From Octopus sinensis (Eukaryota), in assembly GCF_006345805.1 (NCBI RefSeq), contig NC_043015.1:35154001-35218000 (forward strand): a stretch of 64,000 bases of DNA, given 5' to 3'. The number at the start of each line of letters is the position of its first letter. Position 1 is the stretch's first letter. The notes under the pieces were generated by a model. The model ran no database searches. It was not told where the DNA came from and worked only from the letters and a program-made list of their open reading frames with translations. The translations under genes and the position numbers were made by a program. Below are positions 13,462 through 25,113 of this stretch, piece by piece.

Positions 13462-13805
13462 GAAGGTACATGGCTCGGTGATTCGAGTGTTGGGCTCACA
13501 ATCATGAAATAGTGAGTTTTGATTCCTGAACCGCACTGTATGTTGGGTTCTTGAATAAAAACACTTTATTTCATGTTGTCCAGTTCACTCAGCTGTAGAA
13601 GTGAGTTGCAATATCACTGGTGCCAAGCTGTATTGGCCCTTGCTTTACCCTTAGATACCATTGATGGCATGGAGAGGGAGAGGCTGGTATGCATGGGTGA
13701 CTGTTGGTCTTCTATAAACAACCTTGCCTAGACTTGTGCCTTGGAGAGGAACCTTCTAGGTGCAATTCTATGGTCATTCAAGACTGAAAGGGTTTTTCAC
13801 CCTTT
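13462..13805 (+). mobile_element. tRNA-derived SINE (family C here), diverged
   Basis: Head gaaggtacatggctcggtg...gagttttgattcctg resembles the minus-strand copy at 24410-24553. Confidence 0.5.
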
Positions 13806-14892
13806 TATTATCCAAAATACACAACTACTTGTCAAGATAAAATTAGATGAGATGAGATGTAGGTTTGTGGTAGGTCAGCATATCACTAGTATGCTTCTCC
13901 TATTGAAAAGAAATACTTAGCCAGGAGTAACTTCAACTAATACTCATTAATCTGAAAGCCATTTATAGGGTTCAGCAATATCTGGGGAAGGTAAGCCTAG
14001 ATGAATGGTTTGTGGTAACAGTAGAAACCATGTCCAGGGATGTTATGAGGAAGGTGAGAGCCAGCAATAAGTTCCAGACATAGAATCATGAAGCCTCAAA
14101 GTAAACTTAACAAATACTGAAGTTTTAGTAATCAGGGAAGGATACAGGACCCTTCAACATTCAAGAAAAGGATCATGCTCAATATACAAAAAAAAGTTGA
14201 CACAAATTCCATAAAGTGAAACTAGTGAAAACTATAGGAATACAAGAGATCAAAATGGTATCACAGACAGACTAACAGAGATGGTAGACCGATAAGTGGA
14301 AGAATGCACAGGAGCTGCTAGCAGTAAGAGTACTCATGAAACAGACTGTTCTTAATATCTGGCAGGATACCAAGAATTCTTTCACAGTTGGTGTTATCTA
14401 GGTAACCTTATCAGTCGTGTGTGTGTTCTGAAAGCAGGGTGCCATAACAGGGTGGAAAAGCAAAAGAACTATTTATTTCGTCCAGTGGTAAGAAAGGGTG
14501 TCTGTCTCAGATTGGAAAGTAGATTGCATGATACTGGTAAACAAAGTTTGAAGCTGCATGATAACAAGATACAGGCTTATGAAAGCAAAGAATTTGCCAA
14601 AGATGAAAAGAAATGAGTGGAGTATGCTCTGCTGGACATGTAATACTGGTATACATTAACACTGAATTGCAAATGGATTACTGAAAAGCTAGATATATAT
14701 GAGGAACCAGATGTGGTAGTGTGCAAAAGAGAAGACTGGGCTGACATCAGCAGGCGATGAGTAAAAAGGAAGTTGGTAAATAAAAAAAAAGTATCATGTT
14801 CTCCAAGTTAATGGAAAATGTGAAAGTGGAAGACTATAGAAGATGTGGGGAAAAGTGCTGAAGAGGTTAAACTTATAAAAGAAAAGACAAAA

Positions 14893-15256
14893 ATTTGAGC
14901 GAGGTCATTGCCAGTACTGCCTGACTGGCCCCCATGCTGTGGCACGTAAAAAGGGCACCATTCGAGCATGATTGTTACCAACATCGCCTTACTGGCACCT
15001 GTGCCGGTGGCATGTGTAAAAAGATTCGAGCGAGGTTGTTGCCAGTACCGCCTGACTGGCCCCCGTGCCGGTGGCACATAAAAGCAACCACTACACTCTC
15101 GGAGTGGTTGACGTTAGGAAGGGCATCCAGCTGTAGAAACATTGCCAGATCAAGATTGGAGCCTGGTGCAGCCATCTGGTTCGCCAGCCCTCAGTCAAAA
15201 TCGTCCAACCCATGCTAGCATGGAAAGCAGACGTTAAACGATGATGATAATGATGA
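14893..15256 (+). mobile_element. RTE 3'-tail fragment
   Basis: Repeat units plus ggagtggttgacgttaggaagggcatccagctgtagaaac...ggacgttaaacgatgatg. Confidence 0.8.
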
Positions 15257-15500
15257 CTGTAACAGTTGGCAAAATACTGTGATAGAAAAAACATATCTAA
15301 ATGAGAGACCAAAACGAATTTATTGTTGCATTGCATGACATAACGAGGCTAAAGACCAAACCAAGACATGAATTATAATATTTTTATAACATTATTTCAG
15401 GCTGAATAATTAGACAATATAACAGATTAGGATAACTAATACATAATACAGAACAATTTACATAAAATTATTATTTCAAATATAATTGTATTTTGAGCAG

Positions 15501-15630
15501 TGAGCTGGGAGAAATGTTAGCATGCCAGGCAAAAATGCTTAGTGGCAGTTGATCTGTCTTTGTGTTCTGAGTTCAAATTCTGTCAAGATCAACCTTGCCT
15601 TTCATCCTTTTGAGGTCAATATAACAAGCT
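15501..15630 (+). mobile_element. tRNA-derived SINE (family B)
   Basis: gagctgggagaaatgttagcatgccaggcaaaaatgcttag...ctgagttcaaattctg...ccttttcatcctttt. Confidence 0.65.
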
Positions 15631-15955
15631 TTTTATTCCGATCTAGCTGTATGAAATTTTTGTTGGAATTTTTCATGTAAGTTGGACCTTCTTCTAGAGT
15701 CCTCTTGAATCTATTGCTCACTTTACAGAATTTGATTTTTCTTAGTAGATTAAAGATCTTTTTTGAAAAATCCAATTATTATTATTAATCTTTTGAGTCA
15801 TTATGGTAATGTAACTCAGTATTTATTGGATTCTTTCACCCTTGAACTTTTACACAAGTCTTTATTTCCAACCACTGGATTTCATTGTATACAAAATTTT
15901 ATTATAATACATATTACATATGCCTATTCTCGTCTCCCCTTTATGATTTAAGATA

Positions 15956-17021
15956 TCTATATCTATAAAACTCAACTTGTGCGTCTGTGTGTGTATCTGT
16001 GTGTGTGTCTATGTGTTTAACTTCCCGGCACATCTCCTAGCCAACAAATCGTAGAACCACCAAAAATGGGTCACTTAAAGTTTAGGCGAATGAAAATTGA
16101 ACTGCACTATTTCTGTTCCGAAATTCATCTCGCAAGTGCAAAAATCGATAGTGTTTGTTTAGGCCTTATCCCATGCATTGAATAGTGAACTTTACTCAGT
16201 CAGCTGTTTGGTGTAAATTGCATGAAAAATCAAAATATAAAAACCAATCGCTGTAAACATTGTAGAAATTCGGCAAAGAAATGAATTTTCGGGATGTAGC
16301 CTGGAGGGTTTTTTCGTATTAATCGTTTGGTCTTTGTGATCACATACCAATTGTTTTCATAACATTTTTAATGCTTTGAATTAAATGTGACCATTTTGCG
16401 TTGAGTCTGCAGTTTGAATCACTTTAACCAAATTTTAGCAGGCCGGATTTTTGATCATCACGATACATTGCCAGCGATTCCCTGAAACTCTCCCCTGAAA
16501 TCCCCGTTGAGAAATCTATATATATAAAACTCAACTTGTGTGTCTGTGTGTGTATCTGTGTGTGTGTCTGTGTGTTTAACTTTTGGATCTACCAAGTTTC
16601 ATTATTAAGGATGGAAAGTAGTGTGTAGCAAATCTATATATATAAAGCTGAAGTTGTCTGTGTGTGGCAGGTTTGGTAGCCTTCAACTAACACTATCTCC
16701 TTCGAAACCATGCAGCGCAAGTTGACCAAAATTGAGAGTATGATAGAAGAAGGCTTGCTCTTCATTCTGTAGAAGATAAAATTCAAATCGGACCGTGTTA
16801 ACACCAAAAATTATTTACATCAAAAAGGTGCTTTTTTTCTATGAAAATCCCTAATTTTTACGATTTTTGACTGCTGTGTCACCATTTTTCGGTGTCTTTC
16901 AACTGGAAAAATGTTCACTTGAAGAGAATAACAAGTTGCATAATGCAAAATTTTTACTTTTCAAAAATTCCAATTCTAAAGGGTAGAAACAAACCCAAGC
17001 AACACTGGGTGATACTGCTAG
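15956..17021 (+). mobile_element. Stack of non-autonomous Helitron pieces: 5' ends at 15956, 16515, 16633; one 3' end (hairpin + CTAG) at 17021
   Basis: A|TC(TA)nAAA starts; 16633-17021 is homologous to 28937-29294; ends cccaagcaacactggg-tgatactg-CTAG|T. Confidence 0.8.
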
Positions 17022-17064
17022 TATGTAACATATGTGTTTATCATCAGAAAATAATTTGTTTGAT

Positions 17065-17278
17065 GAAAAGCACCCATGCTGGTGCCATGTAAAAGGTACC
17101 TGTACTGATGTCACAAAAGCACCCAGTACACTCTGTAAAGTGGTCGGCATTAGGAAGGGCATCCAGCTGGCGAAATTTGCCAAAATAGACGATTGGAGTC
17201 TAGTGCAGCTTGCCAGCTCCTGTCAAACTGTCCTACATATGCAGCATGACAAACGTTAAATAATGATGATGATGATTG
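17065..17278 (+). mobile_element. Diverged RTE 3'-tail fragment
   Basis: aaaagcaccc...gtggtcggcattaggaagggcatccagctg...acgttaaataatgatgatg. Confidence 0.7.
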
Positions 17279-17464
17279 TGTGTGTGTGTGTGTGTGTGTG
17301 AAAGGAAGAATAATGCATGCAAAAAAGGATACTTTGCTATGTAGACACAAGTCTCTGATTTTAAAACTGTGGTATTCAGGCCTTCAAGACTTTTAGTTAG
17401 AACAAAATAATTTGTTATGTGAGCCAACAGGAACAGCCTTCACAGAAAAAACTTTTAATATTAC

Positions 17465-17600
17465 CTGAGTATCACTGAACAGGAAGACAACTGCTTGATT
17501 CTCTATTCCAGACTTCATCAATACCTTTTTTAAATCTTCTTTCCACTCACTGATGCCATAGTTCTTTGATAATTCCACTTGAAAACAATCAAATTCCACT
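17465..17600 (-). CDS. DNAH1: Dynein heavy chain exon (136 nt, phase 2-0): VEFDCFQVELSKNYGISEWKEDLKKVLMKSGIENQAVVFLFSDTQ
   Basis: Acceptor tttttcag, donor gtaata; FQ.ELSKNYG..EW..D.K and FLFSDTQ motifs. Confidence 0.96.
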
Positions 17601-18456
17601 CTGAAAAATGGCAAAAAAATTTGGAGTCCTTCCTACTTTTTATATCTAAAATATTTGAATATATAATAGATATGCTTACAATCTTCTAAAATAAACTCTG
17701 CTAACCATCAGCCTCTATTTTGTTTAAATTACACCCAGGTTATCTCTGATCGAAGGCGACCCAGTCACAATGATCTCTCGTTTGCAGATATAGTATATTT
17801 GGAACTGCATTATCTAATAAGTTTTTCTTTTCCCTTTTTTTTAGAGAAGGGATCTGGTTGCTATTTCTAGCAGACTATGTGACCATGGTTTATTATCAAA
17901 ATATCATTCTTGTTCAACCATGGGTCACCTCTAATCTCTTACACTTATCTACTGCCGTAAACACCTTATTTTACTATATACTTAGCTGTTCTTTTGTATT
18001 ATGCTTAATTCACCATATATTTATTCACAATATATTTAAGCTACATTCTCTGCTACATACACTCACACTTTATTGTATCTTTAGCTCATCCCGCTTCCTG
18101 GCACATTGCTCATTAAATTAATCTGCTTGTTTTGCTGTACAACAATGTAGCTGGAGGAAACCATTTCTGAGCAATAGCAGAAGTAATTACAACAGTCCAT
18201 TTACACAAACTGGTCGCAATTTTGACCACCAGTACCAATGCTGATTTTTATCATCAACAGAGCAGTTGTAGCACAGAATTCTTAGCATGACTATAATCAG
18301 AAGTTTTCTGTAAATTGTCCTAACACTATCTTCAGTCTCATAAACAAACTTAGATACCAAAATCTCTTTTGTTGGATGGATGATTTGAAACTCAAAAGAA
18401 AGATATGATAAACATGAAATAATAACAGTGATCTAATATGAAATAATAACAGTGAT

Positions 18457-18978
18457 GCTAGCGGGGTACAAAGAGCACCATAAAAGTGTGATCGTTGACA
18501 GAGCAGCTAACCGGCTTCCGTGCCAGTAGCACATAAAAGGCACCATTCGAGTGTAATCATTACCAGCATCGCCTTACTGGCACTTGTGCCCGTGCTAGTA
18601 GGGTGCCAAGAGCACCATCCGAGTATGATCATTGCCAGAGCAGCCAACTGGCTTCCGTGCCAGTGGCATGTAAAAAGGGCACCATTTGAGCATGATCGTT
18701 ACCAATGTTGCCTTACTGGCACCTGTGCTGGTGGCATGTGTAAAAAGATTCGAGCAAGATCATTGCCAGTACCACCCGACTGGCCTCCGTGCTGGTGGCA
18801 CGTAAAAAGCACCCACTACACTCTTAGAGTGGTTGGCATTAGGAAGGGCATCCAGCTGTAGAAACTTGGCCTGATCAAGATTGGAGCTTGGTGCATCCAT
18901 CTGGTTCGCCAGCCCTCAGTCAAAATCGTCCAACCCATGCTAGCATGGAAAGCGGACGTTAAACAATGATGATGATGA
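18457..18978 (+). mobile_element. RTE 3' UTR repeats plus terminal tail
   Basis: About 5 units, then gagtggttggcattaggaagggcatccagctgtagaaac...gcggacgttaaacaatgatgatg. Confidence 0.8.
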
Positions 18979-19208
18979 TCATCATCATTATCATTTGTCA
19001 TCAAAGTCAGCTCAACAAAATCTGTTTTTTATCACAATGTAGCTTGAATCATAACCATCTCTTCACTGCTGCCGCCGCCTCCACCACCACCACGGTGATT
19101 GTCATCATTTTTGTCATCCTCATAATCATCATTTAATATCAGTTCTTCATTGCTTGAGTCAAGAGTATGAAATTTGAAGTGAAAGAAATAGAATGATGTA
19201 TTACTAAC

Positions 19209-19405
19209 ATATGAGAAGCAAGACGTGTAAGACTCTGCCGACCACTTCCACCCATTCCAAGAAGAAGGGCATTTCCATATGGTTGGCGAATAACTCTTCC
19301 AATTCTAGTGATGTGAGTGATTGCATCCATAAAAAGAACCAATTTCATTTTATTGATGCTGATTTGGTTATAATCTTCCAAGAACTCATCTAACACGCTG
19401 CTCAA
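19209..19405 (-). CDS. DNAH1: Dynein heavy chain exon (197 nt, phase 0-2) with AAA4 P-loop: LSSVLDEFLEDYNQISINKMKLVLFMDAITHITRIGRVIRQPYGNALLLGMGGSGRQSLTRLASH(I)
   Basis: Acceptor ttcacag, donor gttagt; GNALLLG.GGSGRQSLTRLA motif. Confidence 0.97.
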
Positions 19406-19639
19406 CTGTGAAGAAAAATAAGAAATTAAAAGATCGACAAAGCTAGAATGAAATAATTCCATGGATATGAAAAACTGAGTTTCGGTCAATACATTTGTGT
19501 AGAAACATGTATATATGTGTATAAAATAACGTGTGATTGCTTCCTTGTATTTGTCTGTGAATATATGTATATACATATATATACATAAATATGTATGCAT
19601 AGATGCATGTGTGTGTGTGTGTGTGTATATGTCTCTTCT

Positions 19640-20115
19640 ATTTTTTAATTATCATAAATCTTCCACCAAGGAGGAAACTGGGTTCCACCAAAGATACCCA
19701 GCTTTGGGATGTAGCTAACACAGATAAATTCACATTTAGAACTTGAGAAAAGTCTTGCATATTTTTACTGTTCCACTTATAGATTGCACTTATAATGTAC
19801 AAATTAGCCGATCAATTTCTCTTTCTGAAATCCCAGTTTATCCAGATTCTCTTTTAAGCATTTACTAACAAAACCTAGTGCTCCAATTATTATTGGTATG
19901 AATATGAATTCATAGTCTAGATATAGAAGCTGGAGGTTTTGAAACAGTTGTTCATAGATGTACTCTTTTTCTTTGATTTTCAAAGAGATATTTATATCCG
20001 TAGGGCAGCTGACCTCTATGATGGTACATACCTTTGTCCCTCTGTCCCAAACAACAATATCCTGTTATGTTTACATTTGACAGTTTTGATGGGAATATTT
20101 CACCAGTATTCGTTG
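19640..20115 (-). mobile_element. 3' fragment of an R4/Dong-like non-LTR retrotransposon with restriction-like endonuclease
   Basis: Minus strand translates to ..WDRGTKVCTIIEVSCPTDINISLKIKEKEYIYEQLFQNLQLLYLDYEFIFIPIIIGALGFVSKCLKENLDKLGF.., ending KTFLKF* (TAA at 19736-19738); upstream W.NIPIKT..CKHN(R) with frameshift; not in the ORF track. Confidence 0.75.
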
Positions 20116-20299
20116 AATTGATGTTTATGAATGTATTTCATAACAGGAATTTTCTAAGTTTATTTCAGGACAGTCTAATTTGTGGATGGCATTGTTAACT
20201 GCTTTAGCAACATCGTACTGCACTCTTATCTATTATGCTATATGCCTGTGGGTAATTATAGAGTGAATTTTGGAGCTTATAAACTTAATATATTATTTT

Positions 20300-21200
20300 T
20301 TCTTAAAACTGGTTCCCATATTACATTCTTATCTGCACTAGGCCTGCTGCTTAAGAAGTCATTGTGTCCTAGCATATGTCCTCTCTCTTTTAATTTTTGT
20401 ACTTTCCAGTGGTATTCTCTGTCTATTATTTTAACTTCATCCCACAAGGGGAGGTGGTCTCCGTTTTGTCATACATGATTGGCTATACCCCATTTTTCAA
20501 TATCTCCTCATGTCATAGCTTTATGATGTTCCTCTAGCCTTATTTTGAGGGGGCAATATGTTTTACCTTTGTATAACCTACCGCAACTGCATGGGATGGA
20601 GTACACAGTTTTGGGTCATATTCTCTTCTATTGGTGGTTTTACTCAAAGGAGATATTTGCGAAGTGTTGTATTATTCTTGAATACTGTCCTGATGTCATA
20701 TGGGGCACATATCTTTTGTATCTTTTCCAAGAGGCCTTCAACATAAGGCAAACAGACTGTAGGCAGTTTATGGGTTTCATCCTTTCTCTTCCTAACTGGA
20801 GTGGAAAGTATATTTTCTGGGTAGTTGTTGCATATTAGATTGTTTCTTAGTCTGATCATTTCTTTGTGGTGTGTATCAGGATCACTACTTATAGCCTTTG
20901 CTTGAGGTTTCAGGCACTGAGCAATCCCTCTCTTTCTACTGTATGGATGTTGGTAATTAAAGTTAAGGTATCGTCCAGTGAAGGCTGGCCTGTGGTATAC
21001 GGATGTCCTGAACCCATATTCAGCGCTTGTTATTAATACATCCAGGAATGTCAGCTGATTGTCTTTTTCCTCTTCTGTTGTGAACTGTGTGAATGACTTT
21101 ATTGAGTTCACATGATTTAGCATTACTTGGACATCCTCCTGGTGGAGCCAGAGTATAAAGGGGTCATCAACATAACAAAGCCATTGGTTGGTTTTTGTGG
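20300..21200 (-). mobile_element. Penelope-like element fragment (RT C-terminus/thumb plus GIY-YIG endonuclease), decayed
   Basis: ORF 20644..21222: YVDD, QFT.EEEKDNQL.FLDV, T.VY.KP..TG.YLNF...HP; continues past a stop as NCVYSIPCSCGRLYKGKT..L..RL.EH (GIY-YIG). Confidence 0.88.
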
Positions 21201-21242
21201 TGTTAATCGTAAATAATATCAATAAAAAAATAACATCAGCAA

Positions 21243-21410
21243 CATACTTTAGGAATGAGAACAGTTTTTACCCCATTAGTCAAAGAAAGGATTTGATTCA
21301 AAAATTCCACCAGAACACCCGATGAAGGCTAGAGAGTACATCAGCCGAAATGTTGTGATAACAACAAACAAGGTGAGGACACTTATCCATCCATCGTAAA
21401 TAATGTACAG
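21243..21410 (+). mobile_element. Headless copy of the hammerhead-bearing SINE tail; degenerate hammerhead at 21315-21358
   Basis: Colinear with 59761-59892; acac-CCGATGA-a-ggct...agcc-GAAA-tg-tt-gtg. Confidence 0.75.
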
Positions 21411-22487
21411 AATTGCACATCTCAAGAAAAAAAAAAAAGAATAGAATAGAATAGTAACACTTATTTTTGTTTTCATTTTTCAAATTCTTCACAAAATGGA
21501 GAAAGAGCTGGTTTCTAACCCAGAAACAAAACTCCTTTTTTGGAATTTACACATCAAATAATGTAGTTTTGTATGTATATCTTTAGGAGCTTTATGATAC
21601 TGAAGGTTTTGTCTTTCATATTGTAATATATTGTTTGTGGCTTTACAGTAAACTTATGATCAATGGCCTAAAATTAAGCAATGATTTCTCACAATAGCGA
21701 AATCTTTTATTCACCACTTCTAGTTCATGTTTAAGGGCAATTAGCAAGTTTATTAGTGTTTTGTATTAACTATTCCCATAGATGCTAGTTAATATTTCAT
21801 AAAGATGCAGTTGATAGTAAATATGCACATGTGTATGTAGACATATAAAATAAACAATATGATAAATACATATACTGTAGATTTATAGTATAAATCTGTA
21901 TGTTCACTACACACAAACATTTATAGCTGTGTGTGGAATGTTAATTTAATATGTAATGTATTAATGTATTGATTTTTTTTTTCCTTTTAAATACAAAGAG
22001 AGAAATTTACAGTGGAGAAATTCAAGTGGAATGAAACACTAAATGGACTGTTTTGATGTTGAACCTGGACTGTAAAAAGAAGTATTTTTTTTATTTCAAG
22101 GAATCTAGTATGAATTTCAACAATTTCCAGCTATTCATTGACCTAGATAAATATATGGTACACAAATGTGTTATTCTAATATATGAGCAATGGAAATTTA
22201 GGTGCCCAACTCTCTGAAAGATTTTATTTCTTTCTTCTACATGTCATCTGCAGATATTTTAATGAATTGCCAACTAAAAAGTTGTTCATCAAGAGAATGT
22301 GTCTAAAGGTCCTGAGATAAGTCACAATAGGACCCATTATAAAGCAGATGCCTGCTATCTCCAGCAGGTAACTTCAAGTTTATTGGTCAATAGTATTTAC
22401 CCAACATGTCCTATAATTCCAACACAAAGTTTACCAAAAAGCAAATACAGTACTGGCCCCAAATCTTTGTAATGAGTTTTCTATTTC

Positions 22488-22925
22488 ATCACCATCATCA
22501 TCATCATCATCATCGTCTAACATCTGCTCTCCATGCTGGCATGGGTTGGACGATTTGACAGAGGACTGGCAAACCAGATGGTTGCACCAGGCTCCAGTCT
22601 GATCTGGCAGAGTTTCTACAGCTGGATGCCCTTCCTAATGCCAACCACTCTGAGAGTGTAGTGGGTGCTTTTACGTGCCACCAGCACAAGGGCCAGTCAG
22701 GCGGTACTGGCAACGGCCATGCTCAAAGAGTGCTTTTTATGTGTCACCTGCACAGGAGCCAGTCCAGCGGCACTGGCAACGACCTCGCTCGAATGTTTTT
22801 TTTCACGTGCCACCAACACAAGTGCCAGTAAGGCAACGCTGGTAACGATCATGTTCAAATGGTGCTTTTTATGTGCCACCAGCACGGAAGCCAGTCAGCT
22901 GCTCTGGCAACGTTCACACTGGTCA
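22488..22925 (-). mobile_element. RTE 3'-tail fragment with tandem units
   Basis: (CAT)n then the reverse complement of the shared tail and 4-5 repeat units. Confidence 0.8.
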
Positions 22926-23354
22926 TATGTTTGTTTATATACTGTTAGGGAACCTTTATCAAGCAATCAAAGCAGGTAAATTATATTATGAAACAAGACT
23001 TAAAACATTGCATAACTGTTCCTTTGCTTGAAAACAAACATCAGATTTCCGCTTTAAGCATTTGAATTAATTTTGTGAAATCAATTCTTAATTTCATGGA
23101 GTTATTTTCCCTTTTCTTTGGAGTTTCTCACAATTATTGCTACATTTTAAAAATTTTCTTTCTCTACCTAAGAGGAAAATATCATTTAAGAATTCTTTGC
23201 ATATACCATTCAGTAGATCACCACTCAAGTTATTTGTTATAGAATGGTCAATCTGCATTAATCTATAAAGACCATAGGGCCAGTCTCTTTGTTTCTTTGT
23301 AGGCTATCTATCTGCGGCTTTATATAGCTATGGTATGACCTCACCTGGAATTTG

Positions 23355-23800
23355 CATCACCATGCCACCGGTATGAGGGCCAGTCAGGTGGTACTGGCAA
23401 CGACCTCGCTCGAATCTTTTTACACATGCCACCAGCACAGGTGCTAGTAAGGCAACGTTGGTAACGATCACACTCGAAAATAAAAGGGCACCATTCGAGC
23501 GTGATCGTTACCAACGCTGCCTTACTGGCACTTGTGCTGGTGGCATGTGTAAAAAGATTCAAGTGAGGTTGTTGCCAGTACTGCCTGGCTGGCCCCCATG
23601 CCGGTGGCACATAAAAGCACCCACTATACTCTCACAGTGGTTGGCATTAAGAAGGGCATACAGCTGTAGAAACTCTGCCAAATCAAGATTGGAACCTGGT
23701 GCAGCCATCTGGTTCGACAGCCCTCAGTCAAAATCGTCCAACCTATGCTAGCATGGAAAGCGGACGTTAAACGATGATGATGACGATGATGATGATGATG
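23355..23800 (+). mobile_element. RTE 3'-tail fragment with tandem units
   Basis: Units plus shared tail ending ggacgttaaacgatgatgatgacgatgatgatgatgatg. Confidence 0.8.
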
Positions 23801-24378
23801 GTCTGGAGCCCCTATCTTGCCCAGGATATTAATCGTCTGGAAGCTGTTCAGCGATGTGCAACCAAGAGAATACCCTCCATCAGGTATTTGCGATATTCTG
23901 AATGCCTTACTTCCCTGGGCATGGACACATTGAAATTCCGACATCTGGCAGCTGACTTGGCAGACACCCATAAAATTATTAACCATCTTACAAACTATAA
24001 CTCTGAGCACCTTTTCAAACTCCACCCGTCTAACACCCGTGGACATGTTTACAAAGTCAGAAAACAGCACAGCTCTCATGACTTTTGGAAACATTTTTTC
24101 ACGCTGAGAGTTGCTGAAGCATGGAACAAACTGCCGGCATCAGTTGTTAGTTGTTGGAGCACTGAATCCTTCAAAACTTCCATGCTTCCTGAGATTTGCC
24201 AACACTACACCTGATTTTCTCCCCTCCATACACACGCAAGCATGTATCTGACTCATACACTCTTCACTTTCCAGACATTTGTACATTACTGCATATGCTT
24301 TATACGCACTTTTGACAAGTTGTGGTGCACCTGAGCACTGTATACAATCATTTCATTATTATTATTATTATTATTATC
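23801..24378 (+). mobile_element. 3' fragment of a CR1-clade LINE with (ATT)n tail
   Basis: WSPYL..DI..LE.VQR.ATK.IP....L.Y.E.L..L...TL..R....DL....KI...TRGH.YK.......FF..RV...WN.LP..VV; short 3' UTR; (ATT)n at about 24355-24378. Confidence 0.88.
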
Positions 24379-24409
24379 ATATATTCCTTCTAGGATAGAA
24401 CACAGAATT

Positions 24410-24553
24410 ATTCCTTTTCACCAACTGTGCAGACTGGAACATAAAATAGAGTGTTTTGATTAAGAAGACAATGCATCACCCAGTCCAGGAATTGAAACAT
24501 TAATCTCACAAGCATGAGCCAAACACCCAAACCACTGAGCCATGTGCCTCCAC
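24410..24553 (-). mobile_element. tRNA-derived SINE (family C), 16 nt from an exon donor
   Basis: Reverse complement gtggaggcacatggctcagtggtt...gtttcaattcctggactgg (A-box and B-box-like). Confidence 0.55.
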
Positions 24554-24569
24554 TTTTGTTGTAAAATAC

Positions 24570-24803
24570 CTTCTGATAATCAGTGACTTCTTCATAATTT
24601 CGAATATCACCACTCCTGGACATAAAATCTGTAAACAACACTGGATGGTCGACGATGACTTCATCAAAATCAATCTCAAAATCTTCCTCAATTCTTTGCT
24701 TAAGACATTCATTAAACCAGTTACGGTCTTCATTATTAACCAGACGATCTTGGAATACACGGCAGCTTTCATGATACCACAACCGCAACAAATTAGATAT
24801 GCT
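24570..24803 (-). CDS. DNAH1: Dynein heavy chain exon (234 nt, phase 0-0): SISNLLRLWYHESCRVFQDRLVNNEDRNWFNECLKQRIEEDFEIDFDEVIVDHPVLFTDFMSRSGDIRNYEEVTDYQK
   Basis: Acceptor tatctacag, donor gtattt; RLW.HE..RVF.DRL motif. Confidence 0.96.
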
Positions 24804-25113
24804 CTGTAGATAGAAAAAAAGATTAAAACCTTAGAAGTATTTATATCTTCATTAAACATAATACACCAAATAGGAACAAACAAGAATTCTCAATACAGTA
24901 TTTCTTCATCTGTGGAAAAGTAAAGTAAATGTATAAGCAAATGGAGTTGCATGCTCACAGAATCAGTATCTATATGCTGCAGTTGGCAGCAGAATGGGAG
25001 AATTCTTAGTTCTGTAAGTCGAGGTGTGGTGGCAATGATGAGAAAGGGGGATCAAATGTAGAAAAATGCATGCATGTATATATACACGTGTGTGTGTATA
25101 TATATATATATAT

